In this document: positions 1 to 7,705 of the stretch, piece by piece
How positions within the stretch are numbered: position 1 is the first letter of the stretch
Layout: each line of letters starts with the position of its first letter
NCBI RefSeq assembly: GCF_000020025.1
Contig: NC_010630.1
Coordinates: 60,001-92,000 of the forward strand
Reading direction: 5' to 3'
Length of the DNA stretch: 32,000 bases
Origin: Nostoc punctiforme PCC 73102
GTDB taxonomy: Bacteria > Cyanobacteriota > Cyanobacteriia > Cyanobacteriales > Nostocaceae
Notes under the pieces: generated by a model
Database searches by the model: none
Told to the model about the DNA's origin: nothing
What the model saw: only the letters and a program-made list of their open reading frames with translations
Position numbers and translations under genes: made by a program

Positions 1-3000
1 AAGTAGAGAATAAAGAACCAGCGATGGTGATACCATTATTAGCCTTAAGGTCAATATTGCCCGCATTTCCTGCTAGATTAAGATCGCCGTTACCACTTGA
101 AGAATCCAAAGAAATAGGTGAGGAAGAGTCCAAAACGCCAGTGATGTTGATGCTGTTACCAGCTTCAAGGGTAATTGCACCACCATTTCCTGCAATATAA
201 TTAGATGATTCCGAGGTAGAATCCAAACCATCAGCAATGTTGATATTGTTGCCAGCTTTAAGGGTAATTGCACCCCCATTTCCTGCTGTGTGATTAGAGT
301 CTGAGGAAGAGTCGAACCTACCAGTAATGTTGATGTCGTTGGCAGCTTTTAGGCTAATATTGCCCCCATTTCCCGCTGTGCCATCATCCTCATCATAATT
401 GAAATAAAGCGAGTAAGAGTACATACTACCAGTGCTAATGCTGCCATTGGTGGCTTCAAGAGCGATCGCTCCTCCGTTGGTGTTATTAGAGTCAGGAGCT
501 TGTTGTCCATTACTGCTGATGAGTTGAGTATTCACATCCCCTGATGCTGCCAAAAGACTAACTATACCCCCAATCCCATTAAACGGTTGTAATACAACAT
601 CTCCACCTATCGTAATTCCAGGAGGTACATTGCCAGTACCGTAAGTAGGTATTGAGCCAGAATTAACACCCCCGTAAGCTAGATTCGACTGTCCCGAACG
701 TAGAATTAACGCTGAACGAGTACTAAGGGTTTCTGTATCTGCTCCTATAGGAAAAGAAGTGATATTATCTGGTCTAGTAATATTGATGTCACCTTGGAAG
801 CGAATATCACCTGTGGCTTCAACTAATAGCGAGGCTCCTACATAATTGGCAGCAACATCAACATTGCTATTAGCACTGATAATTGAGCCATATTTACTAA
901 TAAAAGTGGCTAACCCTCCGGAGCCGCTACGAATCAAAACACTATCATCACTCTGAAAGTTACCATTGTCAGCAATTATTTGATCGGCAAGAAAAGTTAG
1001 ATTACCGCCACTTATAGAACCGATCTTAATGTTGCCATTGGCTGTTATGAGGCTAATATCTCCTCCATTTCTGGCTACGCTATCAGTAGCAAGAGAGTTA
1101 GAGTCCAAATTACTGGCGGCAATGTTACCGTTAAAAGCAATAATATCAATTGCACCCCCATCTCCTGCTATCTCACCACTGGAAAATGAGTATAAACTGC
1201 TTGTAGAAACGTTATTTTTAGAGGTAGATAGAGTAATCGCACCACCCTGACCTGCACTACCAAAATTAGCTTGTGAATTAGAATTCAAATTGCCACTGAT
1301 ATTGATGCCATTGGTAGATTCAAGAGTAATTGCTCCACCATTTCTGGCATTGCCAAACTCAGAGAGTGAGTCCGAACTCAAATTTTGTGCTTCAATCTTA
1401 CCGTTGGTAGTGCTAATGGTAACTATGCCTCCATTGGCTGCATTACCAACATTGTTAAGAGAAGAGGAGGATAAATCATCTTCAATATTGATGTCATCGG
1501 CAGCTTTAAGGCTAATTGCACCACCATTTCCGCCATTGCCAGAGCTAGAAAAGGAAGAAGAATTTATATTATAAATATAAATACCTTCAGAGGATTGAAG
1601 AGTAATTGCACCACCATTTCCGGCATTGCCAGAGCTAGAAAAGGAAGAAGAATTTATATTATCAGTATAAATACTAGCTTCAGAGGATTGAAGAATAATT
1701 GCACCACCATTTCCGGCATTGCCAGATTCAGAGTATGAGTAAGAGAGCAAATCATCTGTTTGAATATTGCCATTGGCAGTTAAAGCGATCGCGCCCCCCT
1801 GACCTGCACTGGCAAAACGAGAATCCGAAGAAGAGTCTAAATCGCCAGTGGTAATGTCCTTAGCAGATTCAAGGCTGATGTTGCCCCCATTTGCCGTACT
1901 GCCAGATTCAGAGTATGAGTAAGACAATAAATCATCTGTTTGAATATTGCCATTGGCAGTTAAAGCGATCGCGCCCCCCTGACCTGCACTGGCAAAACGA
2001 GAATCCGAAGAAGAGTCTAAATCGCCAGTGGTAATGTCCTTAGCAGATTCAAGGCTGATGTTGCCCCCATTTGCCGTACTGCCAGATTCAGAGTATGAGT
2101 AAGACAATAAATCATCTGTTTTAATACTACCGTTAGCAGTTAAAGCGATCGCGCCACCATTGTTAGCCCCATTTCTAGTATCTAGAGTTTGAGTAACAAT
2201 TGCTCCACCACTTTTAATTTCAATTGCGCCACCATTAATAGTAATTGCTTCGGTAGTGACATCCCCTGTTGTCGTTGTTAAGCTAACTTTTCCTATGAAC
2301 TCATCATTGATTGGGTTTAAGGTAAGGTCTGTTTTTAAGTTTATTTCTTGATTGCCAATAAGTGTGATATTTCTACCTGCTTGTAGCTGTCCTTGCAAAT
2401 CAAGTTTGTCTGCTACTAGTGTCAGGTCTTGCTGGGGTGCTAAATTTCCGCTATTGGTAATAGTTGCCCCTGCCTGACTTGCTCCATACTGCAATCCAGG
2501 CGTAATATTTATCGTCAGTAATGGTGGTGCTTGAGGATTAGTAGCACTAAATTCACTCCCATCAGGAAACTTAAAACTCTTTGCGGTAGTTGCAGAAAAG
2601 GAGCCACCAATATCTAACCGAGCATTCTGACCAAAAACAATACCATTGGGATTAAGTAGGAATAAGTTTGCTGTACCGTTAGCGCGAATTAAGCCATCAA
2701 TATTAGAAATTGAATTACCCGTTACTCGTGTCAGAATGTTTTGAATATCTAGTGGATTATTGAAGAAAGCTGTACTGCCATTAGGAACAGAGAATTCCTC
2801 AAAACTGTGGAACAGATTAGCGCCTCTTGTGGTTCCACCCTGAATATTGATGGTATTACCCTCTAATCTGACATTGGAATTATTTGGGAGAGTCCCATCT
2901 GGAGTGATTTGGGCAACTGAGCTATTTGCATACAAGGCGATGACCGCACTTCCAATGGCAATTTCTAGACCTTGCAACCAGTCTAGACGTGCAGTTCTAA

Positions 3001-3007
3001 TAGGCAT
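1..3007 (-). CDS. Two-partner-secretion (TPS / filamentous-haemagglutinin N-terminal domain) repeat exoprotein; the first ~1002 codons are present and the 3' end lies beyond the left window edge
   Basis: Absent from the supplied ORF track (no stop in window). I read the minus-strand frame line by line. ATG is at 3007-3005, with GGAGA 5 nt upstream and an in-frame upstream TAG at 3016-3014. There is no stop in any codon down to position 2. The N-terminus is [137 protein letters not shown], i.e. a signal peptide plus the conserved TPS secretion domain. The rest is Gly/Asn/Ala-rich beta-helix-type repeats (..GNGGAI..). Confidence 0.93.
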   Translation of the reverse strand, partial: MPIRTARLDWLQGLEIAIGSAVIALYANSSVAQITPDGTLPNNSNVRLEGNTINIQGGTTRGANLFHSFEEFSVPNGSTAFFNNPLDIQNILTRVTGNSISNIDGLIRANGTANLFLLNPNGIVFGQNARLDIGGSFSATTAKSFKFPDGSEFSATNPQAPPLLTINITPGLQYGASQAGATITNSGNLAPQQDLTLVADKLDLQGQLQAGRNITLIGNQEINLKTDLTLNPINDEFIGKVSLTTTTGDVTTEAITINGGAIEIKSGGAIVTQTLDTRNGANNGGAIALTANGSIKTDDLLSYSYSESGSTANGGNISLESAKDITTGDLDSSSDSRFASAGQGGAIALTANGNIQTDDLLSYSYSESGSTANGGNISLESAKDITTGDLDSSSDSRFASAGQGGAIALTANGNIQTDDLLSYSYSESGNAGNGGAIILQSSEASIYTDNINSSSFSSSGNAGNGGAITLQSSEGIYIYNINSSSFSSSGNGGNGGAISLKAADDINIEDDLSSSSLNNVGNAANGGIVTISTTNGKIEAQNLSSDSLSEFGNARNGGAITLESTNGINISGNLNSNSQANFGSAGQGGAITLSTSKNNVSTSSLYSFSSGEIAGDGGAIDIIAFNGNIAASNLDSNSLATDSVARNGGDISLITANGNIKIGSISGGNLTFLADQIIADNGNFQSDDSVLIRSGSGGLATFISKYGSIISANSNVDVAANYVGASLLVEATGDIRFQGDINITRPDNITSFPIGADTETLSTRSALILRSGQSNLAYGGVNSGSIPTYGTGNVPPGITIGGDVVLQPFNGIGGIVSLLAASGDVNTQLISSNGQQAPDSNNTNGGAIALEATNGSISTGSMYSYSLYFNYDEDDGTAGNGGNISLKAANDINITGRFDSSSDSNHTAGNGGAITLKAGNNINIADGLDSTSESSNYIAGNGGAITLEAGNSINITGVLDSSSPISLDSSSGNGDLNLAGNAGNIDLKANNGITIAGSLFST
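1721..2160. repeat. 180-bp (60-codon) near-identical tandem repeat, ~2.4 copies, inside the TPS exoprotein gene
   Basis: Lines 1741-1920 and 1921-2100 are identical apart from a few bases at 1744-1750. A third partial copy starts at 2101. Shorter 78-81-bp repeats lie at 1500-1740. Confidence 0.9.
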
Positions 3008-3120
3008 TGCACTCTCCTATAAAAATAAATTATCTTGAAATGCTCAATTAAGAGTATGGGTGTCAGCACAATTAGCTGATACGTAAGTGAGCATACTAGC
3101 AGATTCGCACTCCTGAATCA

Positions 3121-3256
3121 AGTGAATAAAATCAACTCACTGCTACCAATTAAAAATTAGGAAGGTTAGCAAAGCTCAAAAAGTCTGATTTGTAACAGTG
3201 AATCAAATTAGCTCACTGCTACTAATTAAGAATCAGATTCGAGGCAAACAAGCTTA
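3121..3256 (+). promoter_or_regulatory. Leader repeat copy 1 (136 nt) with two AGTGA-N11-TCACT boxes, upstream of the 82-aa peptide gene and divergent from the TPS gene
   Basis: Aligns base for base (~90% by eye) with 3538-3673. Boxes: AGTGA 3121-3125 / TCACT 3137-3141 and AGTGA 3197-3201 / TCACT 3213-3217. Each is followed by GCTACNAATTAARAATYAG. A 9-bp stem (3183-3191 with 3230-3238) encloses box 2. Confidence 0.6.
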
Positions 3257-3297
3257 TTTTCAGTTCAAAATTACATTTGAAATTAAGGAGAAAAATA

Positions 3298-3546
3298 ATG
3301 TCTAACATCAATATAGGGGACGACTTGTTTAGAGCTATAAAAGGTATTGCTAGTAATATTGATCCATCTGGATTAGTGAAAGCAGCCGATGGTATTGCCA
3401 CTATTGCAAGTGGTGCACTCAAGCTAGCAACTGGCGAGGAAGATGCTTTGACAGACATTACAAATGGGGCTGGCAAAGTTATAACTGGAACAGGTACACT
3501 TTGTGGCTTTATCAAATCAAATAGCGATAGTGATGATAGTGAATAA
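3298..3546 (+). CDS. 82-aa Gly/Ala-rich small protein with an acidic tail (glycine-zipper-like GxxxG/A runs); function unknown
   Basis: The ORF-track start at 3277 is TTG. ATG 3298 has a strong AAGGAG (3285-3290) 7 nt upstream. Product: MSNINIGDDLFRAIKGIASNIDPSGLVKAADGIATIASGALKLATGEEDALTDITNGAGKVITGTGTLCGFIKSNSDSDDSE. I recognise no family. Confidence 0.65.
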   Translation: MSNINIGDDLFRAIKGIASNIDPSGLVKAADGIATIASGALKLATGEEDALTDITNGAGKVITGTGTLCGFIKSNSDSDDSE

Positions 3547-3673
3547 ACTCATGTCACTGCTACGAATTAAAAATTAGGAAGGTTAGCAAAGCTCAAAAGC
3601 TCTGATTCCTAACAGTGAATAAAATCAAATCACTGCTACTAATTAAGAATCAGAGTCAAGGCAAACAAGCTTA
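3538..3673 (+). promoter_or_regulatory. Leader repeat copy 2 (136 nt), upstream of the GTPase gene; its first 9 nt overlap the end of the 82-aa ORF
   Basis: Boxes: AGTGA 3538-3542 / TCACT 3554-3558 and AGTGA 3614-3618 / TCACT 3630-3634. A perfect 9-bp stem pairs 3600-3608 with 3647-3655. Confidence 0.6.
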
Positions 3674-3731
3674 CAGCATCTAAGTAAGCTTTACTACTCA
3701 TAATATCTTGTCAAATTTAGGATGGTAAATT

Positions 3732-4559
3732 ATGGTTAAAGAAATTGAACAATTGGAAAAAGCACTCCCGATTATTCAACGAGAATTGAAAAAACGTCCT
3801 CCTACCATTGGTTTAATTGGACTTTCAGGGGTTGGCAAATCCTCAACAATTAACAGACTTTTTAAAACTAATTTGGCAACTAGTGACACAGTTGCTTGTA
3901 CCAAAGAGTTTGAGCATAAGGATATTGAACTTAAGCTTACTAATAGCACAATCCAAAATTATCCAGTTCAATTAAGAGTAATTGATGCTCCAGGTTTAGG
4001 TGAAGATATTAACCTCGATCCTCAGTATCTGCAAATGTATAAAGAGAATCTTGGGAGGTGCGACGTTATAGTTTGGGTTTTGGCGGCTCGTAATAGAGCT
4101 GTAGCTCTAGACCAACAGTATTTGCAGGAACTTGAAGAATTCCACAATAAAATAGTATTTGCACTACACCAAATAGACCTTGTTGAACCCCTTAACTGGA
4201 ACATTGAATATAATATTCCATCCCCCAAGCAAAAGAAGAACATTGAAGTGATACTTCAGGATAAAAAAGAGAAGCTTTCTGCTGTAATTAAAAAGGATGT
4301 AAAAATGATTGAATATTCGTCAAGAACTGGTTTTGGGCTTGAACAATTGTTTGCAGCCATAATTAATTCTTGCCCTGAAGAAAGAACCTGGATATTTAAT
4401 GGACTGAAAGGCTTTTCTTACAAAGAATATACACCTAAGATTGTGCTTGATGAACTAGAGAAACGTAATAACGGGAAAGTCAGCGTTGGAAAGAGTTGGC
4501 TAGAAAATTGGCTAGAAATATTAGAGAATTTGCTAGAAATGTTAAATCCATTTAAGTGA
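3732..4559 (+). CDS. P-loop GTPase, TRAFAC class (MMR_HSR1 / AIG1-Toc34-like G domain)
   Basis: 275-aa ORF. G1 is GLSGVGKSSTINRLF, a candidate G2 Thr lies in ACTKEF, and G3 is DAPGLGE. The G4 position reads HQID rather than NKxD. A G5-like YSSRTG is present. The C-terminal ~60 aa are Trp/Leu-rich and helical. AGGA lies ~11 nt upstream of the ATG. Confidence 0.8.
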   Translation: MVKEIEQLEKALPIIQRELKKRPPTIGLIGLSGVGKSSTINRLFKTNLATSDTVACTKEFEHKDIELKLTNSTIQNYPVQLRVIDAPGLGEDINLDPQYLQMYKENLGRCDVIVWVLAARNRAVALDQQYLQELEEFHNKIVFALHQIDLVEPLNWNIEYNIPSPKQKKNIEVILQDKKEKLSAVIKKDVKMIEYSSRTGFGLEQLFAAIINSCPEERTWIFNGLKGFSYKEYTPKIVLDELEKRNNGKVSVGKSWLENWLEILENLLEMLNPFK

Positions 4560-4813
4560 TTCTTTTACTTGCTTCGATACTGTACAACATAAGTTATTCA
4601 CATCTTATTTCCATGTCTAATAAACACGATTCTGAATTTGAACGCGCCTTAAATGCTGCAAAAAATGCTAGCTATTCTGATAAGAAGGCTGCTGCTAAAT
4701 CACCTAATTCATTTCTTGACTTTTTGCGTAATTTAGGTTTGCGAACTCTAGCAAATAATTTGTCAGATTGGATTAGAGATAACTGGTCAACAATTGTTGA
4801 TTGGATACTATAA
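4556..4813 (+). CDS. Small protein (85 aa from GTG 4556, or 66 aa from ATG 4613) with a Trp-rich amphipathic C-terminus; function unknown
   Basis: GTG 4556 overlaps the GTPase stop (GTGA, 4556-4559), a typical coupling arrangement, and would add a hydrophobic N-terminus (ILLLASILYNISYSHLI). The alternative start gives MSNKHDSEFERALNAAK...LSDWIRDNWSTIVDWIL. No clear SD precedes either start. Confidence 0.45.
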   Translation: MILLLASILYNISYSHLISMSNKHDSEFERALNAAKNASYSDKKAAAKSPNSFLDFLRNLGLRTLANNLSDWIRDNWSTIVDWIL

Positions 4814-4873
4814 GCTTTTGATCTATCACTATAGCGATCCATCACCTGTGGATAAAAATGTCGTGATATATAG

Positions 4874-5105
4874 CGGAACTGTGCTAAAAGACAATTTTTC
4901 TATGCTAAGAAATTAGACTAATCGTCAAAGTTTTACCAGGAAAAAATTTCAGCCTAAAGTTCTGTTTTATTTTTTCAATCTACCTTAAATGGTGAATGTG
5001 AAAATCTTCCATTCTTCCGAAACTTGCTAAACCTTTTGGTAGACATGAATTTTAGCATTTGGAGTTTTTTCTTAAAGTACAATTTTCCGTTTTAGCACGT
5101 TCCTG
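4874..5105. repeat. ~230-bp element bounded by imperfect nested inverted repeats (MITE-like or structured 3' UTR)
   Basis: Left arm: cggaactgtgctaaaagacaattt...atgctaagaaatt (4874-4913). Right arm: aattttagcat...acaattttccgttttagcacgttcc (5047-5103). The outer 14-15 nt and the inner ~11 nt are complementary. Confidence 0.35.
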
Positions 5106-5129
5106 CCATACACATTTTTTAACCGGAGT

Positions 5130-5164
5130 GGTAGAAAGCTAAATTAGCTTTCTACCATTTTTTT
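5130..5164 (+). terminator. Rho-independent terminator closing the plus-strand cassette
   Basis: Perfect 11-bp stem ggtagaaagct (5130-5140) / agctttctacc (5146-5156), 5-nt loop, then a + 7 T (5158-5164). The minus-strand reading has no T tract. Confidence 0.7.
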
Positions 5165-5213
5165 GTGTCTGGATTATATTTTGGACGAGTCTACTGGTGT
5201 TAACTTGACGTTT

Positions 5214-7598
5214 TTATTCACGTAAGGAATGGGTCGCAGTGGAAAATTCCCGACGACTTTGAATAAATAACACAACAACACCACTTGTAACCACACCAAA
5301 GGCAGTGGGAATAAATGGCAACCATAGCCCTTGCTGGAAAAGAGCGATCGCACAAACTCCATATAAGACAAAAACCATTGCAACTATGACCCATCCCCGA
5401 TCAAAGAGCGATCGCACACACCAAACAATTAGACTTCCACCTACAGACCATGCACATATCCAAATCATATCGCCCCAGAAAGGCAACACCCAAAGAATTA
5501 GACGTTCATCTAAAACTGCACTTAAAACTTGGCTGACCATTTGCGCTTGGATCAATACCCCTGGTGTTTCCTGGTAAGGTTGCTGTGCAGCAGAGTAAGG
5601 AGTAGACCAAGTATCGCTGATGGTGTTAGCTGTCACTCCCACGATCACTACCTTATCTTTAAGTAATTTCGGGTCAAATTTATTAGTCAATATATCTTCC
5701 AGGGAAACTCTCTGATAATCAGTATCGCGGTAGTTGACAAGTAATTGCATTCCGCCTAACTCAACTCCTTGTTGATAGCCACCACTGCGCCCAGGTTTTA
5801 AGCGTTTTAAGACTTTAGAGCCAAATTGTACATAATCTTTCTGAAATTCAGGTTGAATATTTTCCGCAAATAAGTAACGCGCAGCTAATTGTAACGACAG
5901 CGAATAAGGCGTTTTACAAGTTGAAGGAGGCTCTTGTGCCATCATCAAGATTTGGCGACGGACGATCCCATCTGGATCTTGAACTCCATCCGTAAAACCT
6001 TGACGTTCTACAGGTACGTCTTTTGGAGCTTTCACACCTTGGGGGTCATATTTGCGATCGCGGCTTTTGCAGACAACAACAACATTATCTTTACCAAGTT
6101 CAGTCGGAAGTTCGATTGGATTTAATTTATTTAGAGGGTCGGCAAAGTCTCTGTAAATATCTAATCCAATAACTCGCGGTTCATACTTTTGTAATTTATT
6201 CAGCAATGTTGCTAAAGTACTATCCGAAACTGATTTCCAACCTAGAGTTTTTTCAGGTCGAGATTGAATATCTTTTTCAGTGATTTCCACAATTATCAAT
6301 CTTGGCTCTGGGTCTTCCTTGGGTCGCAGCCGTAGCATTTGGTCAAAAGTTTGTAATTCGATTTTCTCAAACACTCCCAAGTATCTTAAACCCACTGTTG
6401 AAACAGCTACAATAAAAATACTAATTAGTACAGTCAAAAGTTGAGATTTTGGGTTAGCAATTTTACCTTTAGTCGCAATACCCATAAATTTAGTATCGCC
6501 AAAATTGCCTAGCAGTGCTAGCCACGTAGTCGGCACAGTTGTAGGATTTTGATAAATTACTGGTAACCAGCTAGCACAAGGAAATTCATTTTCCAATCCC
6601 TGAAGTCTTTCTCTTGCTTCTCGCACAGCCAAGTAAAATGGTTTGCTACCTGCAAAGGCGATAAGAAAGTGTTTTAAGAATTCCTGCGCTATTAAATCTG
6701 GCACTGCTTCCCGCATGACAATCGTTTGGGGAATATTTAAATCAGCTAAATTTCGTGCTAACCCAATTCCATCACAAGAATTGAAAATTACCAGTTGTAA
6801 ACCACGCCTAATTGCATTTTTCAGTGCATTTTTTAACTGTGGAATAGTTAAATTTTCTGTTTGATTGATGCCAATCTCTCCTATCTCTCCATTAGCAAGA
6901 CTAGTGCTATGTCCCGCAAAAAATAGGATATCCCAATCCTGTTTCCAAAGATATTCATCAAGTGTTTTACGTGATGGTTCGACAAGAAACGTAGTTTGGG
7001 CATCTGTTAAAGCTTCTAGCAAAGAGCTATCTTTATCAATATCAATACCGACTCTATTACCTAGAATCGCCAAAATTTTTACCTTACCTGCTGAAGATTT
7101 TAGTAATACATGATGAGATGCATACTCATGATTGCTTAAAGCTAATTCAGCTTTAGGATAATCTTCAAAAAAATGCCACAGATGCCAAGGCAAGCGATGT
7201 AGTAGAACTATATTCGTTTCAATAATAACTCTAATTTCATCATCCCGATTGAGTTGAGTACGCAACTGCCGCTCAATGTTCTGAAACGATTCAAATTGTA
7301 ACCAAGCATTGATATTTGCTTGTAGCTGTTGACACACTTCATCGAAGTCATTGATAGAAATATTGGTTATGTCTTGGGAATGCACTTTTATACGTTGATT
7401 GCGACCCAGACTTTGATGTACTGCTGTATAGAGTAACTGCCATCTACGGTAGAGTTCGCTTAATTCTGGTGCTGCTGGCAAACTCCCTGTTAATTTCATG
7501 GGGAAAAATTGATTATGATGCCAAAGTTGAGCTGTGACAACAAGAAATCCTTTATTTAGATCTCCTCCCAGAAAACTGAAGACGACTAGCTTACTCAT
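5214..7598 (-). CDS. CHAT (caspase-like protease) - TM - CHASE2 - 3xTM membrane protein
   Basis: 794-aa ORF. The N-terminal ~390 aa carry the caspase/CHAT dyad context: ILFFAGHS (His) and LQLVIFNSCDGIG (Cys). Next come a hydrophobic helix (LLTVLISIFIVAVSTVGL), a ~290-aa CHASE2-like segment (RLIIVEITEKDI..., VVIVGVTANTISDTWSTPYS) and three C-terminal hydrophobic helices. The ORF ends 16 aa after the last helix. Confidence 0.8.
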   Translation of the reverse strand: MSKLVVFSFLGGDLNKGFLVVTAQLWHHNQFFPMKLTGSLPAAPELSELYRRWQLLYTAVHQSLGRNQRIKVHSQDITNISINDFDEVCQQLQANINAWLQFESFQNIERQLRTQLNRDDEIRVIIETNIVLLHRLPWHLWHFFEDYPKAELALSNHEYASHHVLLKSSAGKVKILAILGNRVGIDIDKDSSLLEALTDAQTTFLVEPSRKTLDEYLWKQDWDILFFAGHSTSLANGEIGEIGINQTENLTIPQLKNALKNAIRRGLQLVIFNSCDGIGLARNLADLNIPQTIVMREAVPDLIAQEFLKHFLIAFAGSKPFYLAVREARERLQGLENEFPCASWLPVIYQNPTTVPTTWLALLGNFGDTKFMGIATKGKIANPKSQLLTVLISIFIVAVSTVGLRYLGVFEKIELQTFDQMLRLRPKEDPEPRLIIVEITEKDIQSRPEKTLGWKSVSDSTLATLLNKLQKYEPRVIGLDIYRDFADPLNKLNPIELPTELGKDNVVVVCKSRDRKYDPQGVKAPKDVPVERQGFTDGVQDPDGIVRRQILMMAQEPPSTCKTPYSLSLQLAARYLFAENIQPEFQKDYVQFGSKVLKRLKPGRSGGYQQGVELGGMQLLVNYRDTDYQRVSLEDILTNKFDPKLLKDKVVIVGVTANTISDTWSTPYSAAQQPYQETPGVLIQAQMVSQVLSAVLDERLILWVLPFWGDMIWICAWSVGGSLIVWCVRSLFDRGWVIVAMVFVLYGVCAIALFQQGLWLPFIPTAFGVVTSGVVVLFIQSRREFSTATHSLRE

Positions 7599-7705
7599 AA
7601 GTTAAGTAGACTTTGACATTCGTGATTAACTAATGACTAATAAATATCAATTCGACTAGGTTGTGCGTAACTATTAGAAAACCTGTTCAATCTGGCTCTT
7701 AATAA

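Noticed and set aside
1029-1574. Plus-strand ORFs 1029-1250 and 1290-1574 (and minus-strand 73-279) in the first 3 kb
   Set aside because: They lie antisense or out of frame within the 1002-codon TPS exoprotein frame. Their Pro/Leu/Ala-rich products are the mirror reading of the Gly/Asn/Ala repeats. No SD is present.
3222-3515. 97-aa minus-strand ORF opposite the 82-aa peptide gene
   Set aside because: It overlaps the plus-strand ORF, which has a strong AAGGAG-N7-ATG. It runs into the leader repeat and has no SD of its own.
3525-3541. 15-nt identity (gatagtgatgatagt) between the end of the 82-aa ORF and 12917-12931
   Set aside because: The string is low-complexity. My rough estimate is that about one chance 15-mer match is expected in a 32-kb window read on both strands. 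The flanks do not align.
4022-4243. 73-aa minus-strand ORF
   Set aside because: It is antisense within the GTPase gene.
5130-5164. The hairpin as a bidirectional terminator also serving the CHAT-CHASE2 gene
   Set aside because: On the minus strand the stem is followed by actccggtt rather than a T tract. Only plus-strand termination is supported.
5305-7113. Plus-strand ORFs (5305-5577, 5934-6125, 6643-6864, 6865-7113) and minus-strand 5174-5383
   Set aside because: All lie antisense or out of frame inside the 794-aa CHAT-CHASE2 gene, which has clear domain signatures.
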